Shown here: piece by piece, positions 25,136 through 38,420 of the stretch
How positions within the stretch are numbered: position 1 is the first letter of the stretch
How the letters are laid out: every line of letters begins with the position of its first letter
From: Laetmonice hystrix
Lineage: Eukaryota
Direction: 5' to 3'
DNA length: 64,000 nucleotides
Assembly (NCBI GenBank): GCA_965235115.1
Contig: OZ249439.1
Coordinates: 21,638,001-21,702,000 of the forward strand
Program-made: the position numbers and the translations under genes
The notes under the pieces: generated by a model
What the model saw: the letters and a program-made list of their open reading frames with translations, nothing else
What the model was told of the DNA's origin: nothing
Database searches by the model: none

Positions 25136-26491
25136 CCCCTAACTCCCGTATAGTGGGACTCCAGTGTGTTCATCACCTACCTCATTAAACAAAAGCCTGC
25201 AGAACCGAACCCACTGAAACGATTGTCTATGTTCGCATGAGGGTGTGCGTGTAATTTCAACAAGTTGTTAGTATATTGTATTATGACACTCAAAGTGCCG
25301 TCTTGTGAATGGAACACCCGGGTCTAATATTTAGTCTTATCTTGAGTGCACAGTACCCTGAGTACATGGTTAGATGTTGGGATGCAATCACTTAAGAGGA
25401 TTTAATATTGAGTAGGGGCCGGAAGTTACCGAACTATATACACGATAGGGTTTACTGGGAAGTTTCCGGAGAGGTCCATTTATACAATATGAGAATAGGT
25501 CATTCCAGAAAGGAGGGAGATGTTTCCCAGCGTTAGTGATCTAGGCAGTTGTTATAGGTGATTTGTGTCTGAAAGCCCAGTGTAACAGTAAAATGACCTG
25601 ATGGGCCAAGACGAGATGGCAGGCAGAAGTTCCCATCCAGTCAACAGGCCGTCGTACATGTATTAGGCCTTCCCCTACAGCTATCAACTCCCCCCGCCCC
25701 GGGCCAAGGTTCATTGAATGTCGTTTCCATGTACATTTATGTTATCCTCCTGCCGTGAAGAACGTTCTACTGGGACTTTTTATTGCCATGCTCATAACAT
25801 TCTGTCGATTTTTGAGCACCGTGAGATTACATCACCGCCCAATGCTCCTGGCTGTGTTTTTATCAAAGGCCGGCCGTGTCACAATATGTGTATAGATGTT
25901 ACACCCTTGCTATAATTGTCACCAGAGTAGGGCGTATTCCCGGTGTATAGGATTCCTCCTGCAGCATCTCATCAGTATTCCTCCGTCCTAAAACATTAAC
26001 AGACAGCTCACATGGTTGCCATTGATACGTGTACACACCTCAGTCGTCAATCCGGTCGCTGACCTCCGGGGCGTCAAGTCCTTCCACTTGAACAATTAAA
26101 CATTACTTGGCACTTGTTACAATAGCCAACGGGCGCAGCAGAACCGCTCGACGTTTAAACCCTTTTCTCTGCCAGCTGGAAAAGGGAATATCGAATGAGG
26201 TGACTAGGTGCGGTTTCTGTCCGCCACTAGCAGGCTTGCAGTGTTGTGATGTTTGTGAGGCCCGGCTGTTGTATAGGATTTGATAGTGTAGTGTTGTGAA
26301 GAGCAGCATTGAAGGCCAATGAGAGTTGGAGGTGTTATACATTGAAATATCTTTGCAGTCTCCAACACGCAGCGGCCTATGTTTAACGACAGCGACCCTA
26401 TAGTGCTTTGAAACACTACAAAGACAAAAACACTACAGACTACAAATCACGTAACGTTACGCCTCATTGTTTCCCACGGGACGAGTTTCAA

Positions 26492-26810
26492 TTGGCGTAA
26501 GAAGTATATGGAAATGATGCCTTGTCGCAGGCTTGGCGTAAGAAGTACATATATGGAAATGATGCCTTGTCGCAGGCTTGGCGTAAGAAGTATATATATG
26601 GAAATGATGCCTTGTCGCAGGCTTGGCGTAAGAAGTATATATGGAAATGATGCCTTGTCGCAGGCTTGGCGTAAGAAGTATATGGAAATGATGCCTTGTC
26701 GCAGGCTTGGCGTAAGAAGTATATGGAAATGATGCCTTGTCGCAGGCTTGGCGTAAGAAGTATGGAAATGATGCCTTGTCGCAGGCTTGGCGTAAGAAGT
26801 ATATGGAAAT
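26492..26810. repeat. 39-45-bp minisatellite, about 7-8 copies
   Basis: Unit TTGGCGTAAGAAG(TA)nTGGAAATGATGCCTTGTCGCAGGC; length varies through the embedded TA run. Confidence 0.95.
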
Positions 26811-27544
26811 AGGATTTTGTATCAGGCCAGATTATGAGGGCGCCTAACGGAATGTAGTATGTATCAGATGTAGCATACGAAGTGTCATTTCATCTACAAC
26901 ATAGAACGACTTCTAGCATTCTTCTGCATTAGTAGAGGAGTTGGGCGTTCCTTCAGTCTGTCATTTCTTACATTCTACTATTTACTAATATAAAACTGTC
27001 ATACAAGACACTTGTATATTATCACAGAAGTAAAAGAAGTAACACCAGATACACCAATATCTACAATAACATCAATATAAAATAGAGTCACATTATCGAG
27101 AAAATGCCTATGTCGACCTGACGGTATCTGGGGTTAAGCTCATTGTCGGTGAAAGCGTGAGCAGATGGTCCGGTTGCCATGGTGCTGGCTCGGCTACCAT
27201 GCCCAAGGTACATTTGTAGCCTTGGTATGACGAATCGCCCTGAGTTACCTATACATACTAATAACACCGGGGGCAGTTTACAGATGGTGGTCTTCACAGA
27301 GGGAGGAATCCATATCCCTGACAAATGCGAGAAGTCATGGGTTCAGGAAACTCCTATGTTGAGTCGTTCATTTCAAGGATTGTGTTGTGAAACCTGAAAG
27401 GCAGTGAAAGACACTATTCCTTTAAAAACACATCGTCAAATATAATTGATTAATAAATCTTCGTGTTGATTGGAACACTAATTAAAGGTTTATGTGCGTG
27501 TTTGTGTGTGGGGGGGACCACACTGTATGGTGGGCTATGTACAG

Positions 27545-28519
27545 TATGGGGAGGACCGTACTGGTCGGTTATATACAGTAAGGGGAGGACCACACTGGTT
27601 GGTTATATACAGTAAGGGAAGGACCACACTGGTTGGTTATATACAGTAAGGGAAAGACCACACTGGTTGGTTATACAGTAAGGGAAGGACCGTACTGGTC
27701 GGTTATATACAGTAAGGGGAGGACCGGACTGGTCGGTATACAGTAAGGGGAGGACCACACTGGTTGGTTATATACAGTAAGGGAAGGACCACACTGGTCG
27801 GTTATATACAGTAAGAGGAGGACCGGACTGGTCGGTTATATACAGTAAGAGGAGGACCGGACTGGTCGGTTATATACAGTAAGGGGAGGACCACACTGGT
27901 TGGTTATATACAGTAAGGGAAGGACCACACTGGTCGGTTATATACAGTAAGAGGAGGACCGGACTGGTCGGTTATATACAGTAAGGGAAGGACCACACTG
28001 GTCGGTTATACAGTAAGGGAAGGACCGTACTGGTCTGTTATATACAGTAAGGGGAGGACCACACTGGTGGGTTATATACAGTAAAGGGAGGACTGGACTG
28101 GTCGGTTATATACAGTAAGGGGAGGACTGGACTGGTCGGTTATATACAGTAAGGGGAGGACCACAGTGGTCGGTTATATACAGTAAGGGAAGGACCACAC
28201 TGGTCGGTTATATACAGTAAGGGGAGGACTGGACTGGTCGGTTATATACAGTAAGGGGAGGACCACACTGGTTGGTTATATACAGTAAGGGAAGGACCGT
28301 ACTGGTCGGTTATATACAGTAAGGGAAGGACCACACTGGTCGGTTATATACAGTAAGGGGAGGACCGTACTGGTCGGTTATATACAGTAAGGGGAGGACC
28401 AAACTGGTCGGTTATATACAGTAAGGGAAGGACCACACTGGTCGGTTATATACAGCAAGGGAAGGACTGGACTGGTCGGTTATATACAGCAAGGGGAGGA
28501 CCACACTGGTCGGTTATAT
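27545..28519. repeat. about 35-bp minisatellite, about 28 copies
   Basis: Unit GGGGAGGACCACACTGGTCGGTTATATACAGTAA with variants. Confidence 0.95.
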
Positions 28520-28770
28520 GGGAGGATTAGTTTCAGGATCCGCCGTCCCACCAGGTCTTGGGGTTTTTTTTGCCCCGTTGAGAAGGTCAACCCCCGCCAG
28601 TAGCACATCAGTATAATTGTATGTTAGTGTACCTGGGAATGGCTTCATACATATTTAAACGGCGTACAAAAATAGGTGACGTATGACAGCGGGGGCGACC
28701 AAAGTGTCTTCTGTGGGTCGGTAGGAGGCCCTACCTCGCCCCAACCCTCCAAGCTGTCATGGCATACCAG

Positions 28771-28945
28771 GGTGGAAGTTGTCATGACATACCTGAATAG
28801 AAGTTGTCATGACATACCAGAGTGGAAGTTGCCATGACATACCAGATTGGAAGTTGTCATGACATACCAAAATAGAAGTTGTCATGACATACCATATTCT
28901 GGTATGTCATACCAGAGTGGAAGTTGCCATGAGATACCAGAGTGC
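28771..28945. repeat. degenerate about 25-bp tandem repeat
   Basis: GGAAGTTG(T/C)CATGACATACCAGAGT repeated about 6 times. Confidence 0.7.
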
Positions 28946-31217
28946 AGGGTATTCCGTACACTTGTAGTTTACGGTAGCCGCATATACAGCTGCAGTAAAC
29001 GGCAGTCTGTGAGGGCGTCGACCACGGTGCACCAAGTCGGCAGTCGACAGGCCGAGATCGATGTTTGACTGGGCGGGATCCGCCCCCCCCCCCTCCTCCC
29101 CCCTCCACGCACATAGCCAGACGCCAGCTACAGGCCTCCATTACAACACAGTGCTGGCAGCTGACCTAATGAGCGCAGGGTGGGTTCGAGAAAATTTACA
29201 CACATAGCAAGGGAAACACCGGGCGAATTCTAGTGAAGTAAAAAAAAGAGAGAAAATAACTATTGATTTACGAGAGAGTGTCAGGCAGAGTGGATGCTGG
29301 TGTAACCTGTGAAACGGGAACACTGCCACTAGTAGGCTGTCATTGAAAGTCTGAGATAAGTAATTATCTTTGATTACGTCATGAGTTTATACCTGAAAAT
29401 AAATATCTACGTTTATTGGTTCCGTTACCGGGGTATGGTAAGAGAAGGGGTAGTGGAACAAATGCGTAACAGTGCCGATCCTGCTTAATGTGTTATATAA
29501 TACAACAAGCTAAGGCTGGATATTTAATATTAATTAGTCGTAAATCCCAGGGTGTCAATAACTCTTTGAACAACCCCATCCATGTGCAGCCATGTAGTTC
29601 GCCACCATCAGTCTGTTGTGTCCAGAAAGAGGCGGTTTATCGGCTAGCAACCGAAATATCGCTAGCTATTTCTGCGTGAACAAGCTATGTCGCCTGAGTT
29701 AGGTCGCCTCGCTATTCCGGCTGTGACCACGGTTTAGTGATCCCGAACATCGACCTCTGTCTGAACACACACTGCCGGATTAAACTATACAACGGAGGGC
29801 TGTCGGCGGCACTTCTCGCGATAAGACAGGTCGCTTCGCTGCCGGTATATCGCCTGTGTCTGAAAGCTAGGCAGAAGATCGGTAAATAGACAGGAGCAGT
29901 CGTCCGACGACAGCATAAAACACACAACAACTAGCTGCCCCACAGTGCTCACTGATTGCCAGTCATTCAACATTATTACTTCAGAACTTTTCCTTTTATA
30001 ATTCAGCGATAGAAAACATCTTGATCGTTAATTAAATCAGTAAATATTCAAAATCCAGGCAACAGAATTTATTGGGCGTATTCATTAGCGTTTTTTAAAG
30101 ACTAAGTCTCAGGACTTTTAAAGTTTTTAGTAGCAGCTGTAATTAATTCAACTGTGTGATGCCAATGACGTTAGTGTGAAGCCACTTGGAATGCTATAGC
30201 GCAATACATTGCCTAATGATTGTGTGCTACCTTCCCTAGGCACAAGGTTCTGTTTGTTCTTCAGATTCTGGACCGAGTATGCATATTGATTGTGATATTA
30301 TTTTAAACATTCATAAGGCTATTTAATCCACAGCTTATAATTGATTTTGTTTTATCATTTAAATTCACAGGAGGCTTTTGATGTATTAAAGTTACCAGCC
30401 CGTAATGCACGTATAGTTGTCTGCATAAAATTGATTTCTGTTAAACCGTGAAACTCGACTCTGATGTGCCGGAAACCAGCCCGGTCTATCCCACGAGTAA
30501 CGGATCTAACGATCGTGAAGACTAGCTAAATTCTGTGATGGAAGTCATGGTAAAATGTGTTTCAATGACTGAGAACCATAATTTGGTATGGACTATCATG
30601 ATATCTAAGTGCAAAAATTGCGTGCGGTGCGAGGCAGTTAGAGTGTTACTGTGTCTTTTTTTAAGAATCAGATATCATACCGACGTTTATGCTCATATAT
30701 CTAGAGTGTGTTTGTGACCAGTTTTCTTTTTTTTTCAGGTGGGTGCTTGCTTAATGTCTCAACAGATTGCAGATCGTCAGATAAGTTTTTCATATTAAGT
30801 GTCGCTCCAGGTGATGGCCCGATGATTTTAAGTATTACTTAACACAAAATCAGACTGCCCTGCGTTCAACTAAAATTACGCTTAAATTTTAAACGAACTC
30901 TATCTACCCTTTTTGTCCAGTCATTTTGTCGCTCCTAGCCACCTAGCCATATTGTGACACTGAGCCCTCGCCCAGCCGCTCCTCGCTCAGCCATTCTGTG
31001 GCTACCAGTCACAGCTCATGTAGCCGGGTGGTTCCCAGTCGCCCCTTAACGTTTTATGGTCATCAGCCCCCCCCCCCCCTCATCAAGACATGTCGTGCAT
31101 GGCTACCAGCCACTCACCATCAGCCCCTCACTCAACCATTTCATGGTTCCCAGCAGCCCCTCACCCTGGAGCCTATCAGCCACTGCCTGGCCAGCCATAT
31201 TGTGGCTATCAGCCGCT

Positions 31218-33078
31218 GGGGCCCGAGTCTGAGGCCGTGGTATGGACTGGGGAATGGGTTAGGGGAGTGGATTGGTTCTGGGGCCCGGGTCTGAGGCCGT
31301 GGTATGGACTGGGGAATGGGTTAGGGGAGTGGATTGGTTCTGGGGCCCGGGTCTGAGGCCGTGGTATGGACTGGGAAATGGGTTAGGGGAGTGGATTGGT
31401 TCTGGGGCCCGGGTCTGTGGCCGTGGTATGGACTGGGGAATGGGTTAGGGGAGTGGATTGGTTCTGGGGCCCGGGTCTGAGGCCTTGGTATGGACTGGGG
31501 AATGGGTTAGGGGAGTGGATTGGTTCTGGGGCCCGAGTCTGAGACCGTGGTATGGACTGGGGAATGGGTTAGGGGAGTGGATTGGTTCTGGGGCCCGGGT
31601 CTGTGGCCGTGGTATGGACTGGGGAATGGGTTAGGGGAGTGGATTGGTTCTGGGGGCCGGGTCTGAGGCCGTGGTATGGACTGGGGAATGGGTTAGGGGA
31701 GTGGATTGGTTCTGGGGGCCGGGTCTGAGGCCGTGGTATGGACTGGGGAATGGGTTAGGGGAGTGGATTGGTTCTGGGGCCCGGGTCTGTGGCGGGTGGT
31801 ATGGACTGGGGAACGGGTTAGGGGAGTGGATTGGTTCTGGGGCCCGAGTCTGAGGCCGTGGTATGGACTGGGGAATGGGTTAGGGGAGTGGATTGGTTCT
31901 GGGGCCCGGGTCTGAGGCCTTGGTATGGACTGGGGAATGGGTTAGGGAAGTGGATTGGTTCTGGGGCCCGGGTCTGTGGCCGTGGTATGGCCTGGGGAAT
32001 GGGTTAGGGGAGTGGATTGGTTCTGGGGGCCGGGTCTGAGGCGGGTGGTATGGACTGGGGAATGGGTTAGGGGAGTGGATTGGTTCTGGGGCCCGGGTCT
32101 GTGGCGGGTGGTATGGACTGGGGAATGGGTTAGGGGAGTGGATTGGTCCTGGGGCCCGGGTCTGTGGCCGTGGTATGGACTGGGGAATGGGTTAGGGGAG
32201 TGGATTGGTCCTGGGGCCCGGGTCTGTGGCCGTGGTATGGACTGGGGAATGGGTTAGGGGAGTGGATTGGTTCTGGGGCCCGGGTCTGTGGCCGTGGTAT
32301 GGCCTGGGGAATGGGTTAGGGGAGTGGATTGGTTCTGGGGGCCGGGTCTGAGGCCGTGGTATGGACTGGGGAATGGGTTAGGGGAGTGGATTGGTACTGG
32401 GGCCCGGGTCTGAGGCCGTGGTATGGACTGGGGAATGGGTTAGGGGAGTGGATTGGTTCTGGGGCCCGGGTCTGTGGCCGTGGTATGGACTGGGGAATGG
32501 GTTAGGGGAGTGGATTGGTTCTGGGGTCCGGGTCTGTGGCCGTGGTATGGACTGGGGAATGGGTTAGGGGAGTGGATTGGTTCTGGGGCCCGGGTCTGTG
32601 GCCGTGGTATGGACTGGGGAATGGGTTAGGGGAGTGGATTGGTTCTGGGGCCCGAGTCTGAGGCCGTGGTATGGACTGGGGAATGGGTTAGGGGAGTGGA
32701 TTGGTTCTGGGGGCCGGGTCTGAGGCCGTGGTATGGACTGGGGAATGGGTTAGGGGAGTGGATTGGTTCTGGGGCCCGGGTCTGTGGCCGTGGTATGGAC
32801 TGGGGAATGGGTTAGGGGAGTGGATTGGTTCTGGGGGCCGGGTCTGAGGCCGTGGTATGGACTGGGGAATGGGTTAGGGGAGTGGATTGGTTCTGGGGGC
32901 CGGGTCTGAGGCCGTGGTATGGACTGGGGAATGGGTTAGGGGAGTGGATTGGTACTGGGGCCCGGGTCTGAGGCCGTGGTATGGACTGGGGAATGGGTTA
33001 GGGGAGTGGATTGGTTCTGGGGTCCGGGTCTGTGGCCGTGGTATGGACTGGGGAATGGGTTAGGGCAGTGGATTGGTT
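31218..33078 (+). repeat. 62-bp G-rich minisatellite, about 30 copies, G-quadruplex-forming potential
   Basis: Unit GGGGCCCGGGTCTGAGGCCGTGGTATGGACTGGGGAATGGGTTAGGGGAGTGGATTGGTTCT; five runs of 3 or more G per unit. Confidence 0.97.
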
Positions 33079-33744
33079 AGAATGGAATGCATTCACTGAA
33101 GGGTGAAGGAACAAACCTCAGGGGGTTATTGGAAATCATTATCCCCGCATCACCTAACTGTGTCAACAAGCACGATGGTACGAGGTCAGGGCCAGAGGTG
33201 GGACGGTCGAGGGGCAGTGAGTGAGGGTTACATTGAGTACCCGGCCCCCGGGGGAGGGGTGGAGAGACGCCATCAGCAGGGGGTGGATGAGCGGCAGACG
33301 GGGGATATGGTGACAGCGGCCCGCCTGGGAAACCTCAATTATAACCGGGATTGTTTTAGCATGGTTGGCGATTATTTCTCTATCTGGATCATGTCAGAAT
33401 GGTTTAGGGGGCACATGGCAAGACAAAGTCCTGTAGATGTTCCAAATACGCAAATCAATGTGGAATGAATCCAGTGTAATCATTAGGGGGCCTTTCTTTG
33501 GCCACTTTTCGTATTTTTTTTAGGTTGGAATTGACGTTTTCAATTTTGTGTAACGTACGTCTGTTTACTTTGACAAAATTAATGTAACACACAGAGGTGA
33601 TTTTTGATAATTATGACAATAGATTCTTCTGCCACAAATAATAGTCTAAATGGCCAGGGACATTGAACAAACGTGGGTGGTCGTGCACTGCCACTGAACA
33701 TTGGCAATCAAACAGCAGCCGATCTGCGAACTGTGGACACACGG

Positions 33745-34558
33745 TGTTTGGTGCCATTGGAACCATCAGTAGGGTATTGGTAACCATGTTTGGTGCCATC
33801 GGAACCATCAGTAGGGTATTGGTAACCATGTTTGGTGCCATTGGAACCATCAGTATGGTATTGGTAACCATGTTTGGTGTCATTGAAACCATCAGTATGG
33901 TATTGGTAACCATGTTTGGTGCCATTGGAACCATCAGTATGGTATTGGTAACCATGTTTGGTGCCATTGAAACCATCAGTAGGGTATTGGTAACCATGTT
34001 TGGTGCCATTGAAACCATCAGTAGGGTATTGGTAACCATGTTTGGTACCATTGGAACCATCAGTATGGTATTGGTAACCATGTTTGGTGCCATTGGAACC
34101 ATCAGTATGGTATTGGTAACCATGTTTGGTGCCATTGGAACCATCAGTATGGTATTGGTAACCATGTTTTGTGCCATTGAAACCATCAGTAGGGTATTGG
34201 TAACCATGTTTGGTGCCATTGGAACCATCAGTAGGGTATTGGTAACCATGTTTGGTGCCATTGGAACCATCAGTATGGTATTGGTAACCATGTTTGGTGC
34301 CATTGGAACCATCAGTATGGTATTGGTAACCATGTTTGGTGCCATTGGAACCATCAGTAAGGTATTGGTAACCATGTTTGGTGCCATTGAAACCATCAGT
34401 AGGGTATTGGTAACCATGTTTGGTGCCATTGGAACCATCAGTATGGTATTGGTAACCATGTTTGGTGCCATTGAAACCATCAGTAGGGTATTGGTAACCA
34501 TGTTTGGTGCCATTGAAACCATCAGTAGGGTATTGGTAACCATGTTTGGTGCCATTGG
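33745..34558. repeat. 42-bp minisatellite, about 19 copies
   Basis: Unit CATGTTTGGTGCCATTGGAACCATCAGTATGGTATTGGTAAC; open in three reading frames (ORFs of 314, 327 and 337 aa). Confidence 0.96.
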
Positions 34559-34709
34559 ACCTGAAGCTGCATGGCCTCATTGGATTCAATTGAAGTTCGG
34601 GCCGATAGAAACAGCTGTATCTGCAACCATTGCACTGAAACTGAAGTTGGGGCCAATAAGTTCTAGCTATAGGTGAATCCCATAGAAACATTTTAGCTGT
34701 AACTTGGTT

Positions 34710-35596
34710 GGAACCAATAGAACCAGCTAGTTGGTCTCAACTGAAGTGAGAACCAATAGAACCAAGCAGTTGGAGCCATTGGTCTCAACTGAAGTGAGAA
34801 CCAATAGAACCAGCCAGTTGGAGCCATTGGTCTCAACTGAAGTGAGAACCAATAGAACCAAGCAGTTGGAGCCATTGGTCTCAACTGAAGTGAAAACCAA
34901 TAGAACCAGCTAGTTGGAGCCATTGGTCTCAACTGAAGTGGGAACCAATAGAACCAGCTAGTTGGAGCCATTGGTCTCAACTGAAGTGGGAACCAATAGA
35001 ACCAGCCAGTTGAAGCCATTGGTCTCAACTGAAGTGAGAACCAATAGAACCAACTAGTTGGAGCCATTGGTCTCAACTGAAGTGGGAACCAATAGAACCA
35101 ACTAGTTGGAGCCATTGGTCTCAACTGAAGTGGGAACCAATAGAACCAGCTAGTTGGAGCCATTGGTCTCAACTGAAGTGGGAACCAATAGAACCAGCCA
35201 GTTGGAGCCATTGGTCTCAACTGAAGTGAGAACCAATAGAACCAACTAGTTGGAGCCATTGGTCTCAACTGAAGTGGGAACCAATAGAACCAACTAGTTG
35301 GAGCCATTGGTCTCAACTGAAGTGAGAACCAATAGAACCAGCCAGTTGGAGCCATTGGTCTCAACTGAAGTGAGAACCAATAGAACCAACTAGTTGGAGC
35401 CATTGGTCTCAACTGAAGTGGGAACCAATAGAACCAGCTAGTTGGAGCCATTGGTCTCAACTGAAGTGGGAACCAATAGAACCAACTAGTTGGAGCCATT
35501 GGTCTCAACTGAAGTGAGAACCAATAGAACCAACTAGTTGGAGCCATTGGTCTCAACTGAAGTGGGAACCAATAGAACCAGCCAGTTGGAGCCATT
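34710..35596. repeat. 48-bp minisatellite, about 18 copies
   Basis: Unit TTGGAGCCATTGGTCTCAACTGAAGTGGGAACCAATAGAACCAGCTAG; the minus frame reads (MAPTSWFYWFPLQLRP)n. Confidence 0.96.
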
Positions 35597-37070
35597 ATAA
35601 CCTGCTCCGCTTGGAGCCATTATAGCTGGCTGAGGATTGAGCCATTATATAGCCAGCTGTAGTTGGCCCCAGATGGTTCTGAGCTCCCGGCCTGTGGAGG
35701 TGAGAGTTCTCATAAGCGGAGGCGACGGCCGAGAGACAGCTTGCTCCAACGTTGTCGGCAGATGCGCTGATGTGGGTTAATGGCACACTTAAATGACATT
35801 GACCCAATCCACTCTCACTGACTGCGGCTTAGTAACTTAACCATGTACAAAACTCGCCCTTTATCGATTAGAACCAAATCAAATCAGTAAGGCAGGTGGA
35901 ATTGGTCTCAGCCAAGCTACGCCTACACAACGGATAGGATGGAGAACTGCCACCGATCGTTACCGTCGACGTGGATTTCAGAACAGCCACAAACATGAGC
36001 ATTGACAGAGTGCTATTAAACAAGTCAATAAATAACGTCCCTAGGTTTGTTGTTTGGGCCATGGGAAGAGCACCCAGAGGAAGACATTGAAAGAGAAGAT
36101 TACCTACTCGTCTCTCTTTACACATTCATTGCCAGCAGGTTTAATACATGAAGACATCCTCCAGGAATTTGCATGACAATGGAGTCATGCCGGCGGGCGC
36201 GGTTGTTTTGCTCATGGTAATCTAAGCCTTGAGTTGTCTTGATGCCGGAGGATCTGAAAAGTGAGACTTTAGTCAGGGCGAAACCAGATAGAATTTTCTC
36301 TGTTATAGCTGAAATAGGTGAGATACAGGACACAGAATCTGTGTAGGCCCATTTATTGTGAAAACTGCTAAACTGGTTTGGTAGAGTTTGGGCAAGGACA
36401 AAGAACATACGGAAAAGCGATGTAGAATACAATAATATCCAGCAAGGCTCCGCCGTAAGAAGTGCCCAGACACGAAAACAGTTATCAAAAGACTTACATT
36501 TTTTAAGCTTCATGGCTTGAAATGTTATTGGGTAAGTTTTGATGGATATAGTCTGGAAGTCGTTTTAACGTCGACGTTAGCCGGGTCTGGTCTAGATGTC
36601 AAGGTCTGAGAGGACTCCCCACAGACCGCCTGACGTCACGCTGATGGTATTGCTGTCTGAGGTCTGCCGAGCGGAAGTATTCAAAGGATCCGATTCTGTT
36701 TTCTAGAACTTCTTTTATCGGTCCATGTTCCTGTAGAATATCAAAGAGATGTACCATCTTAGACTTAGGAACATTTTTTATTTGACCTCGGGGCTGTAGC
36801 AGCAGTGTAAGTTGTTATGTTTGCTTACAGAATGAACAATAAGAAAGACTTTCCTTTGAAAAAGCAAATTGATTTTGCCAAGTTAACTGCCTTGCGCAAG
36901 TTAAAGTGAGTGATGGATTTATAGCAGGTGTAACCCATGATGGGAACTGCCGCTGCCGTGTCTGATCAAGGCCTGGTAATTGTAAACTGATGCAAAAGGT
37001 TCTGAATCCACACCGTTATGGTGTGAGTGCTCAAATTATCATCGCCAGGTTTTCATCTCAGTCCTATTAA

Positions 37071-37235
37071 GGCCCGGTTCACAAAGTTAAGTCAACCATA
37101 AAATTCATCTGCGGTTCATAAATAGGTTTTACGGTTCGTGTCATTGACCCGAAAGTCAAGACGCCCCAAGAAATGAGAATATAAAGCCCAATTGTGTTCA
37201 TTGTAATACAGTTGACCTTGTTTGTGAATTGGGCC
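37071..37235. mobile_element. Harbinger-like MITE (diverged)
   Basis: GGCCCGGTTCACAAAGTTAAGTCAAC ... GTTGACCTTGTTTGTGAATTGGGCC imperfect TIRs; same GGCCC end as the element at 50302. Confidence 0.55.
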
Positions 37236-37371
37236 CTGGATTCTGATCGACCAGTTTTTGAGTGTGGCATACCAATTGGAAAAGGTAAAAGTGGTTTAAT
37301 GAAATTGAATCTTGATTAAAGTAGGAATTTCGCAGGAACGCCAAGCGGTTAATAAGGAGCACCGTACAGCT

Positions 37372-37779
37372 TCATATACCAGCAATAGGTATCGCCTGAC
37401 CATACAGCCTCATATACCAGCAATAGGTATCGCCTGACCATACAGCCTCATATACCAGCAATAGGTATCGCGTGAACATACAGCCTCATATACCAGCAAT
37501 AGGTATCGACTGACCATACAGCCTCATATACCAGCAATAGGTATCGCCTGACCATACAGCCTCATATACCAGCAATAGGTATCGCCTGACCATACAGCCT
37601 CATATACCAGCAATAGGTATCGCCTGACCATACAGCCTCATATACCAGCAATAGGTATCGCGTGAACATACAGCCTCATATACCAGCAATAGGTATCGCC
37701 TGACCATACAGCCTCATATACCAGCAATAGGTATCGCCTGACCATACAGCCTCATATACCAGCAATAGGTATCGCGTGA
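37372..37779. repeat. 38-bp minisatellite, about 11 copies
   Basis: Unit CATATACCAGCAATAGGTATCGCCTGACCATACAGCCT. Confidence 0.95.
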
Positions 37780-38029
37780 AGAGTGCTGCCACTATCAAAG
37801 AGAACTTCGTGCCTCAAATTGATCTGATCGTACTCTTTGGGTGTGCTGATTGATGATCTAGGTTAGTTTCTATGGTCTTTTGTCGACCCCACTGCTAACT
37901 ACAACACACAGAGGCGGTCTAACTCGCACTGTGGCAATGGCGTGCTAGCTCGACATGAGTCTGGGATTGGCCGTAGTGGAGTAGGGGGCATGCTGATTTC
38001 TGCGTGGAGTGCGATAGAATAATAAATAT

Positions 38030-38420
38030 ATCAGTAGATCAGAACATGACTTGTACGTTGATGCACTATGGAATTTGTATGTGCCAGTCGGCCCTTGCAA
38101 CGAGCAAGATCCGAATCGTATACCGTATCGAAATCAAAGGGGGAGATATTGCCACTTTGGATAAGTCCCATGAATGTTTTAATGGGAAAGAACTTATCAA
38201 CTAGCCATATTCTTCTCAAATGTAAAGTTAGATTGCAAGGAATACCGGTAAGTGATCGCAAGGAAAAATCGCTTAATGTCAATTTATAGTGAATTTGGCC
38301 ATGAACTACTCTCTAGTAGTCATTTAAAACGGGAATATGTAAGTAAGGTGGGATCAGCTGTATGTCTGTCATCAATTATTTTAGTATCTGGATATTTCAT
38401 AAGGAGGAATACCCGAAATT
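38030..38420 (-). mobile_element. decayed Penelope-like RT fragment (FDFSTLYT-type)
   Basis: Minus frame IPPYLHIPVL...RRIWLVDK...NISPFDFDTVY resembles PLE RT PY.YW.PK.H...MWI..NS...I..FDFSTLY. Confidence 0.4.

Noticed and set aside
31090-32257. W/G-rich ORFs in the 62-bp array
   Set aside because: 62 is not a multiple of three, so frames rotate; these are repeat artefacts.
33745-35596. Common unit variants are mostly synonymous in the TGA-containing minus frame of both arrays (possible recoding or selenocysteine)
   Set aside because: Only about 5 variable sites, the two frames are not continuous across the junction, a TAA closes the frame upstream of the 48-bp array, and no SECIS was identified.
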